Translations under genes and position numbers: made by a program
NCBI GenBank assembly: GCA_902795195.1
Contig: CADBKF010000008.1
Coordinates: 17,677-81,676, forward strand
Source of the DNA: Oscillospiraceae bacterium
GTDB lineage: Bacteria > Bacillota > Clostridia > Oscillospirales > Oscillospiraceae
Reading direction: 5' to 3'
DNA length: 64,000 nucleotides
Notes under the pieces: model-generated
Told to the model about the DNA's origin: nothing
Seen by the model: the letters and a program-made list of their open reading frames with translations, nothing else
The model's database searches: none
Shown here: one piece after another, positions 1 through 10,401 of the stretch
Layout: the number at the start of each line of letters is the position of its first letter
How positions within the stretch are numbered: the first letter of the stretch is position 1

Positions 1-1714
1 CGCTGGGACCGTCCAGGCCGAGCCAGTCGCCGAACTGGAAGCCGGGGCGGAAGGTATGGCTGCCGTCGGTATCCTGTCGCTCCATGTAGTCGACCCAGCC
101 CTTCATGAGCGGGTAGGCCGCGCGCAGCTCCGCCCGGCTGCCGTAGGCCCGCCAAAGCGTCATCGGCAGGAAGGTGGCGATATCGCTCCAGGCGCTGGTG
201 GCGTCGGTCTTGTGGCCCATGTTGGGCACGTAGTTCGGCACGCCCCCGCCCAGGAAGGCTTGCTCGTCCATGAGGTCCTGCTCGAACTTGCGGAAAAAGG
301 CGCGGGTGTCGCAGTGGTAGCTGGCCGTGGGGGCAAAAATCTGCGCGTCCCCGGTCCAGCCGAGGCGCTCGCTGCGCTGCGGGCAGTCGGTGGGCATGTC
401 GATGAAATTGGAGCGCAGGCCCCAGAGCGTGTTTTCATAGAGCCGGTTGATCTTGGGGTTGCCCGTCTCGATCCGGCCGATGCGCTCGAGCTGAGAGCTG
501 AGCACGCAGCCGCGGAACTGTTCTTTTTTCAATTCGCCGACCCAGCCCTGCACGCGCACATAGCGGAAGCCGAAGAACGTAAAGTGCGGGCGAATCGTCT
601 CCCGCGTGCCGCCGGAGATGTACTCAAAGCGGGAACGGGCGTCCCGATAGTTTTTGTTGTAGAAGTTCCCCTGCTGCAGGATCTCCCCGAAGTCCAGGGT
701 GATTTTGGTGCCCGTTGGGAAGTCGGCGTCAAACTCCGGGAAGCCCGCGAAGTTCTGGCCGAAATCGAGCACGGTTTCTCCGGCGGGCGTGTGCAGAATC
801 TGCTGCACCGGAAGTGTTTCCAAAACCGTGATGGGCAGGCTCAGCCGGTCGCACAGGTGGGATTTTTTCAAATTCGCGGTGTCCGGGTCCTGCTCAGGCG
901 CAGAGAGGACCTCCACGGGCTGCTCCTTCTCCGGCGCTTTGCTTCGGTCGATGCACTCGCCCCAGTAGATGCCGCTGTCCACGATCTGCGAGGGCGCCCA
1001 GGTGAAGCTACCGTCGGTTTTGAGGCACTCGCTCGTGCCGTCGGCGTATTCCAGATGCAGCTCGCCGATCACGGCCATGCGGCTGCCGTAGTTGTTTGCC
1101 TGGTTGTCCAGGCCGAACACGCCCATGTACCAGCCCTTGCCCAGCAGGAAGCGCAGCTCGTTTTCACCCTCGTGCAGCTTCTGCACAGGGAAGGTGATCG
1201 TCTGGATGCGCGTCTCGTAGTTGGTCACGCCGGGCAGCAGGTATTCCTCGCCCAGCTTTTCACCGTTTACGTAGGCTTCAAACAGTCCCACGCCCGTGGC
1301 ATAGAGCCGTGCCCGGACCAGGCCGGCTTTGACCGAAAAACGACGGCAAAGCAGCGGATGGCAGTCCTCCCCTTTCGGCGCGGCGATCCAGTCCGCGGTC
1401 CAGGGCTCGTCCATCTTGCCGGTCTCGAAGCAGGTCTCCGCCTCGGCGTGATCTCCCGCATCTCCGGTGACGCTGACCTGCAGGCGGTAGGCGTGTCTGG
1501 GCTGCAGCGGCGCGTCCAGAAGCACTCCGGCGGGATCGAGGTCCCTCTCCTGCTGCTCGGCCAGGAGATTCCCCTGCGCGTCCAGAAGCCGAATTGCGAT
1601 TCTCTCGGCGTGCTTGCTCTCTGTATCCCGCACCTTGAAGGAGGCCTCCACATGGGGCAGTGCAAAGCCCAGCGGTTCCGGGACGCCGTTGATCTTCAGT
1701 GCTTCAAGTTTCAT
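1..1714 (-). CDS. alpha-L-rhamnosidase, GH78 family (N-terminal ~571 codons; C-terminus lies beyond the window edge)
   Basis: Absent from the ORF track because it has no stop inside the window. Reading the minus strand from ATG 1714..1712 (GGGAGGA at 1727..1721) gives an open frame MKLEALKINGVPEPLGF... containing NFIDMPTDCPQRSERLGWTGDAQIFAPT, a block I recognise from GH78 catalytic domains. I checked that the frame is in phase between 1714 and 397. The 554-aa plus-strand ORF 56..1720 is its antisense shadow. Confidence 0.85.
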   Translation of the reverse strand, partial: MKLEALKINGVPEPLGFALPHVEASFKVRDTESKHAERIAIRLLDAQGNLLAEQQERDLDPAGVLLDAPLQPRHAYRLQVSVTGDAGDHAEAETCFETGKMDEPWTADWIAAPKGEDCHPLLCRRFSVKAGLVRARLYATGVGLFEAYVNGEKLGEEYLLPGVTNYETRIQTITFPVQKLHEGENELRFLLGKGWYMGVFGLDNQANNYGSRMAVIGELHLEYADGTSECLKTDGSFTWAPSQIVDSGIYWGECIDRSKAPEKEQPVEVLSAPEQDPDTANLKKSHLCDRLSLPITVLETLPVQQILHTPAGETVLDFGQNFAGFPEFDADFPTGTKITLDFGEILQQGNFYNKNYRDARSRFEYISGGTRETIRPHFTFFGFRYVRVQGWVGELKKEQFRGCVLSSQLERIGRIETGNPKINRLYENTLWGLRSNFIDMPTDCPQRSERLGWTGDAQIFAPTASYHCDTRAFFRKFEQDLMDEQAFLGGGVPNYVPNMGHKTDATSAWSDIATFLPMTLWRAYGSRAELRAAYPLMKGWVDYMERQDTDGSHTFRPGFQFGDWLGLDGPS

Positions 1715-1750
1715 TCATAGTCCTCCCAGCGACAGAAATTCTTTTCTGCA

Positions 1751-3565
1751 TCACAGCGGAAAGACCGTTCCCTCGGTGATGCCGGATTCGTTGAAGGCGT
1801 CCACGCGGACCCAGACCGGCTCGCCCTTGGTCAAGGCGCCGATCTTCTTCTCAAAGGCGCCGAGGACCATATAGCTGTGGTAGAGCTTGTCCGGCGCACA
1901 GCCCCAGAGGACGTTGTAGCCCACGGCGCCGGTGTCGGTCCAGGAAACCAGCATATCCAGATCGCCGAGGCGCTTTGCCTCTGCCCGGGGCGCTTCGGGC
2001 AGCGCGCCCTCACTCTTGCCGAAGACGCGCAGACCGGAGACACAGATCCGCTGCCGGAAGGGCAGCTCCGCCACGGTCAGCCTCAGATAGCGCACGCGAA
2101 CGCCGCCATCCGGCATCACAAAGTCGTTGCCAAGGTCCTGCGTGGCTTCGCGCTTGTCCGCGATGGGGAAATAGGTCTCGCCGTCCTCAGATCCCTCGAG
2201 CAGCCAGCGGCTCACGCGCTTCTCGGTGTCGATGTAGCGGATCTCGTGGGCGATGAGGCGGTCGACGCCCTCGGGGATCTGCGCGTCGATGCCCTCGTCC
2301 GCCAGGTTGATCTGAATCGCCCGGACGTCCTGCACAGAGCCGAGATCGACCCGGCACCATTCGTTTTCATTCCCGTCGGCGCGCCACCAGTCGCGCACGT
2401 TCTCATTGGTGACCTTCTCGGCGCCGCTGCCGGAGGAAACCGTGACCGGCTTATTATAAGACAGAAGCATGAATTCCGGCTTTGCGAAGGCGGGCGCCTC
2501 GACGTTGACCGGCCAGTCGCCGTAGCGCTGGTCGCACCAGAGCTCGCCGTCGGCGTCGAAGCCGGCCTTCCACAGGCCGAGCCGGCGCTCCATGTCGTTG
2601 TTCACGGAGATGGACATGCTGGCGGTGTGCCAGTAGTTCCCGTTCTTGTCCGCGATGGTGGAGCCGTGGCCGGCGCCGTTGATGAAGCCGCCGGGCTTGT
2701 AGGAGAAGGGATTGTTCTTCGCGAAATGGTAGGGGCCCAGCGGCTTGTCGGCCACGAGGACCGCGTCGCCGTAGACATTCAGCTGCGTGGCCGGGAAGGC
2801 GTACTGCAGATAGTATTTTCCATTGTGCTTGGTCACATAGGCGCCTTCGATATAGGGATCGTCCCCGGCAAAGCCTCTGGCCAGACGGCGCACGGCGGCC
2901 TCGTCGGTGAGCCCCTCTTTTTCCCTGAGCGCTGCGGGCATCTGCATCAGGCCCTGGAACATTTTTTCCGTCTCGGCCTCAATGTCGATTCCCGCCTTGG
3001 GGCTCACGTGGTCCATGCCGACGCGCTCATAGCCTCTGGTCTTGTTGTCCATCGTGAACATGACCTGCTGCTTACCGATGGGCTGCATGGTCTCAGGGTC
3101 GAGCTCCACACCCCAGATCGGGGTGATGTTGGAGCAGCCCCAGTAGAAATAGAAGCGGCCGTCGTCATCCACAAAGAGATCGGGGTCCCAGAAGGGGAAG
3201 GTTCCTTTGATTCTCTCCCACTGTCCGCCAAGGGGGTCCTTCGTGCGGTAGAAGTCGCAGGGCTCGCTGCGCTTGCTGGCGCAGAAATAGAGATACTCCC
3301 CTGCCGCGCGCACATCCGGCGCGTAGTCGAATACCGGGATCGGCGCTTCGAGCGGGTGGTATTCCCAGCTTACCATATCGTCCGAGACATAGAAGCCGCG
3401 GGTCATCGAGGGGAACAGATAGTGCCGGCCCTTGAACAGCACCAGCGTCGGGTCCGCCGCCTCGCGGTAGACCGACAGCTTTGCCTCTCCGAGGCCGGGC
3501 ATATTGGGCTGCTGGAAATTGTATTTATAAGGTAGGTTCAGCGGATTGCAGTAGTATTTGCTCAT
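1751..3565 (-). CDS. GH43-family glycoside hydrolase with C-terminal discoidin-like/beta-sandwich domains
   Basis: 604-aa ORF with AAGAGG upstream of ATG 3565. Propeller-type blocks typical of GH43 (ADPTLVLFKGRHYLF, DPDLFVDDDGRFYFYWG, YIEGAYVTKHNGKYYLQYA), then a WWRADGNENEWCRVDLG discoidin-like segment. Confidence 0.7.
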   Translation of the reverse strand: MSKYYCNPLNLPYKYNFQQPNMPGLGEAKLSVYREAADPTLVLFKGRHYLFPSMTRGFYVSDDMVSWEYHPLEAPIPVFDYAPDVRAAGEYLYFCASKRSEPCDFYRTKDPLGGQWERIKGTFPFWDPDLFVDDDGRFYFYWGCSNITPIWGVELDPETMQPIGKQQVMFTMDNKTRGYERVGMDHVSPKAGIDIEAETEKMFQGLMQMPAALREKEGLTDEAAVRRLARGFAGDDPYIEGAYVTKHNGKYYLQYAFPATQLNVYGDAVLVADKPLGPYHFAKNNPFSYKPGGFINGAGHGSTIADKNGNYWHTASMSISVNNDMERRLGLWKAGFDADGELWCDQRYGDWPVNVEAPAFAKPEFMLLSYNKPVTVSSGSGAEKVTNENVRDWWRADGNENEWCRVDLGSVQDVRAIQINLADEGIDAQIPEGVDRLIAHEIRYIDTEKRVSRWLLEGSEDGETYFPIADKREATQDLGNDFVMPDGGVRVRYLRLTVAELPFRQRICVSGLRVFGKSEGALPEAPRAEAKRLGDLDMLVSWTDTGAVGYNVLWGCAPDKLYHSYMVLGAFEKKIGALTKGEPVWVRVDAFNESGITEGTVFPL

Positions 3566-3591
3566 AGTTTACCTCTTTCTCAGTCGGTTTC

Positions 3592-4938
3592 TCAAAGGTT
3601 CTCTCCGTTGGATGCGATCACGGTTTTGTACCACAGGGCTGAATCCTTTACGGTGCGCTTTTGGGTCCGGTAGTCCACATAGACCAGGCCGAAGCGCGGA
3701 TCATAGCCGTCGGCCCACTCGAAGTTGTCCAGAATGCTCCAGTAGGTGTAGCCGAGAACGGGAATGCCGTCGTCCACGGCGCGCCGGAGCTCCAGCAGAT
3801 AGCGGTGCATCCAGTCCTGCCGCTGGGGATCGTGGACCTTGCCGTCGAGCATCACATGGTCGGTCCCGGCGTAGCCGTTTTCGGTGATCAGCACGGGCAG
3901 GCCGTAGCGCTCATACCAGAACTTGCTGGAGTAGTACATCGACTGCGGGGTCAGGTTCCAGTCAAAGGCGCTTCTGGGGCAGCCCTGATAGGCGTAGTTG
4001 TCGTAGCCGTCGGCAGGAGGCGGATAATCCAGGGTGCCCTGATAGCAGTTGTAGCCGTAGAAGTCCAGCTTCTGCGACACCGAGCGCCACTCCTCCTCGC
4101 TCAGGCGGTACATCCGCTCGCCGAAGAGTTCTTCGGCCTCCTCGGGATAGCGGCCAAGGAAAATCGGGTCAGCCCACCAGGTATTGGACATCACAAAGTC
4201 CCGCCGGATGGAAAGCGAGCGCCGCCGCGCTTCCTCCACCGCTTCGGGGGAGTCGTCCTTCGGCAGGAAGCAGTCGCCCGTGGGTGCCAGTCCGACCAGC
4301 GCAGAGGGGCAGTTCCTTCGCAGAACCGAGACTGCTCTGCCGTGGGCGAGCAGCAGGTTTTTGCTCACGCCGATCAGCGTGTCCTCGTCGTTTTGCTCAA
4401 ACGGGGCGTGCACGCCGATCTCCATGCCGAGGCCCACAAAGACCTGGAATTCATTGAAGGTCATCCAGGCATAGACGCGATCGCCCAGCGCCTTGGAAAC
4501 CACCTCGGCGTATTCCTCGAACCAGGCAGGGCTCTCCGGATTCTTCCAGCCGCCCTTCTCATACAGCGCCATCGGCAGATCCCAGTGGTAGAGCGTGACG
4601 AGCGGCTTGATGCCTGCCTCGATCAGCGCGTCGCACAGATTGCGGTAGAATTCAAGTCCTTTTTCGTTGACGCGGCCGGTGCCCTCGGGCAGCACCCGGG
4701 ACCAGCTGACGGAGAAGCGGTAGCTCTTGAGCCCGAGCTGCTTCATGATGGCGACGTCCTCCTTCCAGCGGTGGTAATGGTCGCAGGCCACGTCGCAGTT
4801 CTCCCCGTGCTTGATGCGGCCGCCCGCGTGCACCAGCGTGTCCCAGATGGACGGTCCGCGGCCGTCCTCATTCCATGCGCCTTCGATCTGCGGCGCAGCG
4901 CTGGCCGCACCCCAGAGAAAATCCTTTGAAAAAGCCAT
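3592..4938 (-). CDS. GH1 beta-glucosidase family enzyme
   Basis: FLWGAASAAPQIEGAWNEDGRGPSIWD, TFNEF and ITENG (the two catalytic Glu motifs of GH1). Start trimmed to ATG 4938 (MAFSKDFLWG) with GGAGGA at 4948..4943. The 47 upstream codons of the tracked ORF have no RBS. Confidence 0.9.
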   Translation of the reverse strand: MAFSKDFLWGAASAAPQIEGAWNEDGRGPSIWDTLVHAGGRIKHGENCDVACDHYHRWKEDVAIMKQLGLKSYRFSVSWSRVLPEGTGRVNEKGLEFYRNLCDALIEAGIKPLVTLYHWDLPMALYEKGGWKNPESPAWFEEYAEVVSKALGDRVYAWMTFNEFQVFVGLGMEIGVHAPFEQNDEDTLIGVSKNLLLAHGRAVSVLRRNCPSALVGLAPTGDCFLPKDDSPEAVEEARRRSLSIRRDFVMSNTWWADPIFLGRYPEEAEELFGERMYRLSEEEWRSVSQKLDFYGYNCYQGTLDYPPPADGYDNYAYQGCPRSAFDWNLTPQSMYYSSKFWYERYGLPVLITENGYAGTDHVMLDGKVHDPQRQDWMHRYLLELRRAVDDGIPVLGYTYWSILDNFEWADGYDPRFGLVYVDYRTQKRTVKDSALWYKTVIASNGENL

Positions 4939-4964
4939 ATTGTCCTCCAAAATATGATAAAGTT

Positions 4965-5534
4965 TCAGTCGTCCGTCTGATCTTGCGATGCCGCATCCTC
5001 CGGCGTGAAGCGCCGGAACTGGAAGCGCAGAAGCTGGGTGTTCACAAAGGCGGTCAGCGCGAAGCCCGCCACCAGCCACAGAAAGCTGATGCGTAAAAAT
5101 ACAAACGTATGCCGCAGCAGCAGATACAGCGGCAGAAGATTCAGCGCCGTCACCACAAGCGCGATCGGCGGATTGTTCAGCGGCAGCAGCACGGCGTTGC
5201 GCAGCGTGTTGCCGAGGCTGGTTTCATACCAGGCCAAAAGCGGCCAGACATAGGAGCTCACCACGACCAGCAGCGCCATCGGCAGCAGCAGGATCAGGGA
5301 GACCAGCAGCGATTTTTTGAAATTCTCCTTGAAGGCCTTGAAAAAGTCCGGCAGAATGGTCGGGTCCTCGTGCCGCGCCATCTTCCGGGTGACGGTGTAC
5401 ATGGCGGCGGTGGATGCGCCTGCGGTCAGCAGCGGCGCCGCGCACAGAAGCCAGAGGATGTTCAGGGCGATAAAGGACGCCGCCGTGCTGAGGATCTGAT
5501 AGATCCTGGAATCGGGATCAAACAGTCTTCTCAT
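4965..5534 (-). CDS. YesL-like (DUF624) integral membrane protein
   Basis: MRRLFDPDSRIYQILSTAASFIALNILWLLCAAPLLTAGASTAAMY... is the typical DUF624 N-terminus, followed by several TM helices. Start trimmed to ATG 5534. Sits inside the sugar-uptake operon as yesL does in Bacillus. Confidence 0.7.
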   Translation of the reverse strand: MRRLFDPDSRIYQILSTAASFIALNILWLLCAAPLLTAGASTAAMYTVTRKMARHEDPTILPDFFKAFKENFKKSLLVSLILLLPMALLVVVSSYVWPLLAWYETSLGNTLRNAVLLPLNNPPIALVVTALNLLPLYLLLRHTFVFLRISFLWLVAGFALTAFVNTQLLRFQFRRFTPEDAASQDQTDD

Positions 5535-5544
5535 CCCAGCGCCC

Positions 5545-6849
5545 TCAGACGTCAAAGACCATGCGGTCCCCCGGCTGTGCCCAGGGCGCCCAGTGCGGCA
5601 GACCCGGCCCGTTCGGCGACCCGGTTTTGATGAAATTGGTCCAGTAGTCCAGCATTCGTTCGGAGAGCGCATGGTCGGCCTCCGTCATCGGCCGCCAGCA
5701 GCGGTCCAGCGTGCCGAACATGTACCAGAGCTCGGCGGAATGGAAGGCGCCGGCGTCGTTGCCCGGCAGCTGCCGGACGAAATCATAGGCATAGACCCGG
5801 TCGTCGCTATGATTGACCCGGGCTTCCGCCCAGGCGTCCACAGCGTGGTAGACCTTGCCGCGCTCTCCGCGCGCGAGCGCCTCCGGATCGACTGCAATAT
5901 CGTTCAGGTTCGAGCCGATGAGATAGGGCACCTCGGCCACATGACCTTCATCGCGCGCCGCGTTGTAGCCCTCCTGCAGCACCCGGCCGTCGATGACCGG
6001 CGTGAAGGGCAGCTCCATCGTGGCAAAGCCCCGCATGATGATCGGGCCGGCGCCCTCCATCAGCTTCTCCAACGGCAGCGTGCGCAGCTCGTCGAGGCTT
6101 TGGACGCCGAGATTGTCGGAGATCTCCTGCCCCTCGGCCACGGCCTTTTCCAGGCTGTGGTCATAGCTCAGACCCAGGCAGCTCTGCAGGATGGCCCCTT
6201 GGATCATGCCCTTTGTCAGCGGCGAGCTCACGAGCGTCTGCACGCTCATGCCGCCGGCGCTCTGGCCCATGACCGTGATGCGGTCCCGATCGCCGCCGAA
6301 GGCCTCGATGTTCTCGTAGACCCAGCGCAGCGCGGCGATCTGGTCGAGAATGCCGTAGTTGCCGGAAACGCCGCCCTGCTCTTTGGAGAGCCAGGGGTGC
6401 GCCAGGAAGCCCATGGCGCCCAGACGGTAGTTGATGGTCACGAGGATCACGCCGCGCCGGCAGAAGGCCGCGCCGTCAAACTCCTTTTCGTGGCCGAAGC
6501 CGCCCATGAAGGCGCCGCCGTGGATCCAGAAGGCCACAGGCAGCTTTTCATCCGCCGCCTTCGCCGGGGTCCAGACGTTCAGATAGAGGCTGTCTTCGCT
6601 GACCGGGGTCTGATAGGACGCCTCATCATAGAATTCTTTATCATAAAAGGGGTCCTCGTGGACCTCCTGCATGCTCCGGGTCGGGAAGTGCACGGCCTTG
6701 CGCACGCCCTCCCAGCTCTCCGCCGGCTGCGGCGGACACCAGCGCAGTGCCCCGACCGGGGGCTTTGCATAGGGAATGCCCAGAAATACGGTATATTCAT
6801 CATGCCGGATCCCTTCCAGGATGCCGGCCTTTGTGTTCACTTGCAGCAT
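5545..6849 (-). CDS. type-B carboxylesterase (para-nitrobenzyl-esterase-like)
   Basis: GIPYAKPPVGALRW, WIHGGAFMGG and the nucleophile elbow GQSAGG. Start trimmed to ATG 6849 (MLQVNTKAG). Confidence 0.85.
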   Translation of the reverse strand: MLQVNTKAGILEGIRHDEYTVFLGIPYAKPPVGALRWCPPQPAESWEGVRKAVHFPTRSMQEVHEDPFYDKEFYDEASYQTPVSEDSLYLNVWTPAKAADEKLPVAFWIHGGAFMGGFGHEKEFDGAAFCRRGVILVTINYRLGAMGFLAHPWLSKEQGGVSGNYGILDQIAALRWVYENIEAFGGDRDRITVMGQSAGGMSVQTLVSSPLTKGMIQGAILQSCLGLSYDHSLEKAVAEGQEISDNLGVQSLDELRTLPLEKLMEGAGPIIMRGFATMELPFTPVIDGRVLQEGYNAARDEGHVAEVPYLIGSNLNDIAVDPEALARGERGKVYHAVDAWAEARVNHSDDRVYAYDFVRQLPGNDAGAFHSAELWYMFGTLDRCWRPMTEADHALSERMLDYWTNFIKTGSPNGPGLPHWAPWAQPGDRMVFDV

Positions 6850-6943
6850 ATCATTTCTCCGATTTCGATAAGAATGACAGAAAAAGGACGCACCCATTTG
6901 TCGTCAAACAAATACGTGCGTCCTCCCTTCTGATACAGTGAGT

Positions 6944-7828
6944 TTATCCCTTCACAGCGCCCATGGTGATTCCCTTGGCAAAGTATTTCTGGAAGAAGGG
7001 ATAGAGCACCAGGATCGGCAGGATGCCGACCACGGCGATGGCCATACGAACGGTCGTCGTCGGCAGATCGGCAAGGTTCACGCCCGATGTGGCGTTTGAG
7101 GCCAGGAAGGCGATGTTGTCATTGATGTTGTTCAGAATGTTTTGGATGGTATACAGGTTCTTGCCTGCGTCGTTGAGGTAGTACAGGCCGTTCTGCCAGT
7201 CGTTCCAGTAGGCGATGCCCATCATCATGCCGATCGTCGCGAGGATCGGCGTGGACAGCGGCAGCGCGACGCGGAAGAAGGTCTGGAACTCGCTGGCGCC
7301 GTCGATGCGCGCAGCCTCATAGAGGTCCTGCGGGATGCTGTTTTCAAAGTAGTTGCGCACGAGCATCACGAGGAAGGCGCTCATCAGCAGGTTCGGCACA
7401 ATGAGGCCAAAGATGGTGTTCTTCACAGCGAAGGTCTTGACGTACATGATGTAGGTCGGGACCAGGCCGCCGTTGAAGAGCATCGTGAACACGACGTACA
7501 GATTCAGGAGGCGCCGGCCGGGCAGGTTCCGGTTGGAGAGCATGTAGCCCAGAAGGGCCGTGATGATGACGCCAACCGAGGTGCCGATGGCGGTGACCAG
7601 GATGGTCATCAGATAGGCGCGGCCGAGCATGGAGGCCTGGCTGACGATGTACTCATACGCGCTCAGGGACCACTTTTCGGGCAGATAGCTGTAGCCGTTC
7701 ATCAGAGCCACCGTCTCGTCGGTGAAGGAGGCGATGATCAGCAGCACGAAGGGCGCCAGCGCCAGGAAGGAGCAGAGAATCATTACGATATTGGCTGCAA
7801 TTTTCCAGCCTTTTCCGGTATTGACCAT
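6944..7828 (-). CDS. carbohydrate ABC transporter permease (LplC/YtcP-like)
   Basis: 294 aa, six TM segments, EAA-loop-like YEAARIDGASEFQTFFRVALP. Confidence 0.9.
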   Translation of the reverse strand: MVNTGKGWKIAANIVMILCSFLALAPFVLLIIASFTDETVALMNGYSYLPEKWSLSAYEYIVSQASMLGRAYLMTILVTAIGTSVGVIITALLGYMLSNRNLPGRRLLNLYVVFTMLFNGGLVPTYIMYVKTFAVKNTIFGLIVPNLLMSAFLVMLVRNYFENSIPQDLYEAARIDGASEFQTFFRVALPLSTPILATIGMMMGIAYWNDWQNGLYYLNDAGKNLYTIQNILNNINDNIAFLASNATSGVNLADLPTTTVRMAIAVVGILPILVLYPFFQKYFAKGITMGAVKG

Positions 7829-7845
7829 GTGTCGTTCCTCCTTCC

Positions 7846-8769
7846 TCAGAACAGCGCGCTGCTCTTATCGAGCTTGGAGACAATCTTGTTGGCTCCCACG
7901 ATGAAGAGGAAGCCCACGACAGACTGCACAAAGCTGGCAGCCGAGGACATGCCCACATCGTTGTTTTTCAGCAGGGCGCGATAGACGTAGGTGTCGATGG
8001 TCTGGGTGACGCCGTAGAGCGAGCCCTGGTTCATGGGCACCTGATAGAACAGACCGAAGTCGGAGCGGAAGACCTGGCCGAGGCTCAGGATCAGCAGCAT
8101 GACCACGGTGGGGATCAGCAGCGGGATGGTGATGTTCTTGTGCTGCTGCCAGCGGGTGGCGCCGTCGAGGGTCGCGGCTTCATACAGGCTGGGGTCGATG
8201 CCCAGAATGGTGGACATGTACAGGATCATGCCGAAGCCCAGGTTGCGCCATTGGTTGACAAAGGTCAGGATAAAGGGCCACCACTTGCTCTCCTGATAGA
8301 ACGCCGGCGCGGTGCCGGTCAGACGCTCGAGCCATTTGGTGAACAGGCCGGCCGTCGGGGAGAGGTAGGCGTAGACCAGATAGGCGATGACGACCATGCT
8401 CATGAGGTAGGGCAGGAGGATGGCGGTCATATAGAATTTCTTTTTCAGCTTGCCGACGACCTCGTTGATGAGGATCGCGGCGGTGACGCCGACGATGGCG
8501 CTGAGGATGATCCAGGCAATGTTGTAGCACAGCGTGTTGCGGATCATGATCCAGGAGTCGGCTGTACGGAACAGGAACTTGAAGTTCTTGAAGCCGACCC
8601 AGGGGCTGTCCCACATGCCCTTGGTATAGCTGAAGTTTTTGAAGGCGATCTGCAGACCCGCAAGGGGCAGATAGTTGTTGATAAACAGGTAGATCAAGCC
8701 AGGCAGACCCATGAGGTAAAACGGGATCCACTGCTTGAAATTGCGTTTTTTCTTCTTGTCCTGCTTCAT
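7846..8769 (-). CDS. carbohydrate ABC transporter permease (LplB/YteP-like)
   Basis: 307 aa, YEAATLDGATRWQQHKNITIPLL EAA loop, multi-TM. Confidence 0.9.
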   Translation of the reverse strand: MKQDKKKKRNFKQWIPFYLMGLPGLIYLFINNYLPLAGLQIAFKNFSYTKGMWDSPWVGFKNFKFLFRTADSWIMIRNTLCYNIAWIILSAIVGVTAAILINEVVGKLKKKFYMTAILLPYLMSMVVIAYLVYAYLSPTAGLFTKWLERLTGTAPAFYQESKWWPFILTFVNQWRNLGFGMILYMSTILGIDPSLYEAATLDGATRWQQHKNITIPLLIPTVVMLLILSLGQVFRSDFGLFYQVPMNQGSLYGVTQTIDTYVYRALLKNNDVGMSSAASFVQSVVGFLFIVGANKIVSKLDKSSALF

Positions 8770-8871
8770 GTGCTTCCCCTCTTTTCAGATTTCTTACCAG
8801 TCTGATTGCAGTTCAGTATCATAAGGCTTCCCGCGAAGGGGAAGCCTTATGAGTATGTTTGAGATCTGCAG

Positions 8872-10401
8872 TTACTTGTTTTCAGCCAGCCATGCGTCCA
8901 GAGCGGCCTGGTTGGCGTCGATGGCGTCCTGCATGCCGGCGGCATTCAGAGCGGCAACAAGCTCGTCGACAGCGGCGTCCACGTCGGCGACCTGGCCGGC
9001 GTTCAGCGCGGGCAGGTACTGCTCGAGCAGGCTGCCGATGGCGCCGGCCTCGGCGCTGAACGGTGTGCCGTCAAAGGTGTAGCCGAAGGTCTGAGAGTAC
9101 TTGGCCTCGTTCTCGAAGGCCTTGAGCTCGTCATAGAAGCTGTCGGTCAGAGGGGCGACGATCTTGAGCATGGTGGGATCGCCGTAGTGCACGAAGCTGG
9201 CGTAGTAGCTGTTGTGGTCGGCGTTTTCGGTGCCGTCATAGGTGATGACGTTCTCGGTGCCTTCCACGGGCGCGTAGTCGGTACCCTCGACGCCGTACTG
9301 CAGCAGGTTGGCAACGTCGGCGTCGGTGTAGATCAGGTTGATCAGATCCATGGCCTTGTCGGGGCGCTTGCAGTTGGCGGCGATGCCGAGCATGAACTCA
9401 ACGGCGCCGGCGGTGGAGATGCTGGGCTCGCCCGTGCGGATGATGCCGGTCTCAAAGTTGGGGTTGAGCCAGACAGCGATCTGGTTGGGGGTGAAGGCGG
9501 TGGAGGTGCCGAAGATGTGCTGCTGAGAGAAGTACTCCTGCACGGAGGTGGTGTCGGTCAGCTGGTCGGCAGGCAGATAGCCGGCGTCGTTCCAGCTCTT
9601 GATCATCTTCCAGTAGTCACGATACTCCTGAGAGTCAAAGACGTTCACAACGGTGGTGGATTCCGCGGGATTCAGGATGCCGCCGAAGGCGCCGCCGGTG
9701 CCGAAGTAGTCGCCGCCCCAGAGGAACTTGTAGTTGAGCTGGGAGCTGGAGCCGAAGGTGGTGAAGTACACGCCGTTCTCCGCGCACTTCGCGGCGGCTG
9801 CGGTGAGCTCCTCGGCGGTCATGCCGTCGTGCATGTCAATGCCGAACTGGTCGGCGAGGGTCTTGTTGTAGACAAAGCCGCCGGACATGGCTGCATAGGG
9901 ATAGCCGCTGACGGCATAGGTGACGCCGTTGATCTTCTGCGCGGCGGCCACATGCTCGGTCACGGCCTTGACACCCTGGCCGCGGGTCTCGAGCAGATCG
10001 TCCAGAGGCAGCAGGATCTCGTTGTTCACCATGGTGTCCAGGGGGCTGGTCAGACCGGCCACAACGATGTCGAGCTTCTCATCGCCGGCAACACCCAGAG
10101 AGGTGGTGGTGGGCAGGTCGCCGATGAACACGGGAACGATGTCCACGGTGCAGTTGATCTTTTCCTTGGTGATGGCGCTGAGCGCAGCCTCGACGTTCGC
10201 GATGTTCTTGTTCTCCTCGAACAGGCCGACGAACTGGATCGAGACCTCATAGGGCTCCTCGTCGAAGTTGATGGCGGCGGGTTCGCCGTCGGCTGCCGAA
10301 GTGTCGGCGGCGGGGGTTTCGGGGTTGGTGTTGCCGCCGCAGCCTGCCAGCAGGGTTGCCAGCATCAGAACGGCAAGCAGAAGTGCCAGAGCTTTTTTCA
10401 T
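8872..10401 (-). CDS. extracellular solute-binding lipoprotein of the large LplA-like class
   Basis: MKKALALLLAVLMLATLLAGCGG lipobox signal peptide, ~500 aa, adjacent to the two permeases. Start trimmed to ATG 10401 (GGGAGGA at 10417..10411). Confidence 0.85.
   Translation of the reverse strand: MKKALALLLAVLMLATLLAGCGGNTNPETPAADTSAADGEPAAINFDEEPYEVSIQFVGLFEENKNIANVEAALSAITKEKINCTVDIVPVFIGDLPTTTSLGVAGDEKLDIVVAGLTSPLDTMVNNEILLPLDDLLETRGQGVKAVTEHVAAAQKINGVTYAVSGYPYAAMSGGFVYNKTLADQFGIDMHDGMTAEELTAAAAKCAENGVYFTTFGSSSQLNYKFLWGGDYFGTGGAFGGILNPAESTTVVNVFDSQEYRDYWKMIKSWNDAGYLPADQLTDTTSVQEYFSQQHIFGTSTAFTPNQIAVWLNPNFETGIIRTGEPSISTAGAVEFMLGIAANCKRPDKAMDLINLIYTDADVANLLQYGVEGTDYAPVEGTENVITYDGTENADHNSYYASFVHYGDPTMLKIVAPLTDSFYDELKAFENEAKYSQTFGYTFDGTPFSAEAGAIGSLLEQYLPALNAGQVADVDAAVDELVAALNAAGMQDAIDANQAALDAWLAENK

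Noticed and set aside
56-1720. 554-aa plus-strand ORF, and similar long ORFs (1877..3535 +, 3661..4929 +, 5593..6933 +, 7142..7984 +, 9187..10515 +, 14126..14995 -, 14623..15795 -)
   Set aside because: Each lies antisense to, or out of frame with, a gene with unmistakable family motifs. Their translations are Arg/Ala/Gly/His/Val-rich low-information strings typical of stop-poor shadow frames in GC-rich DNA. No RBS is present.
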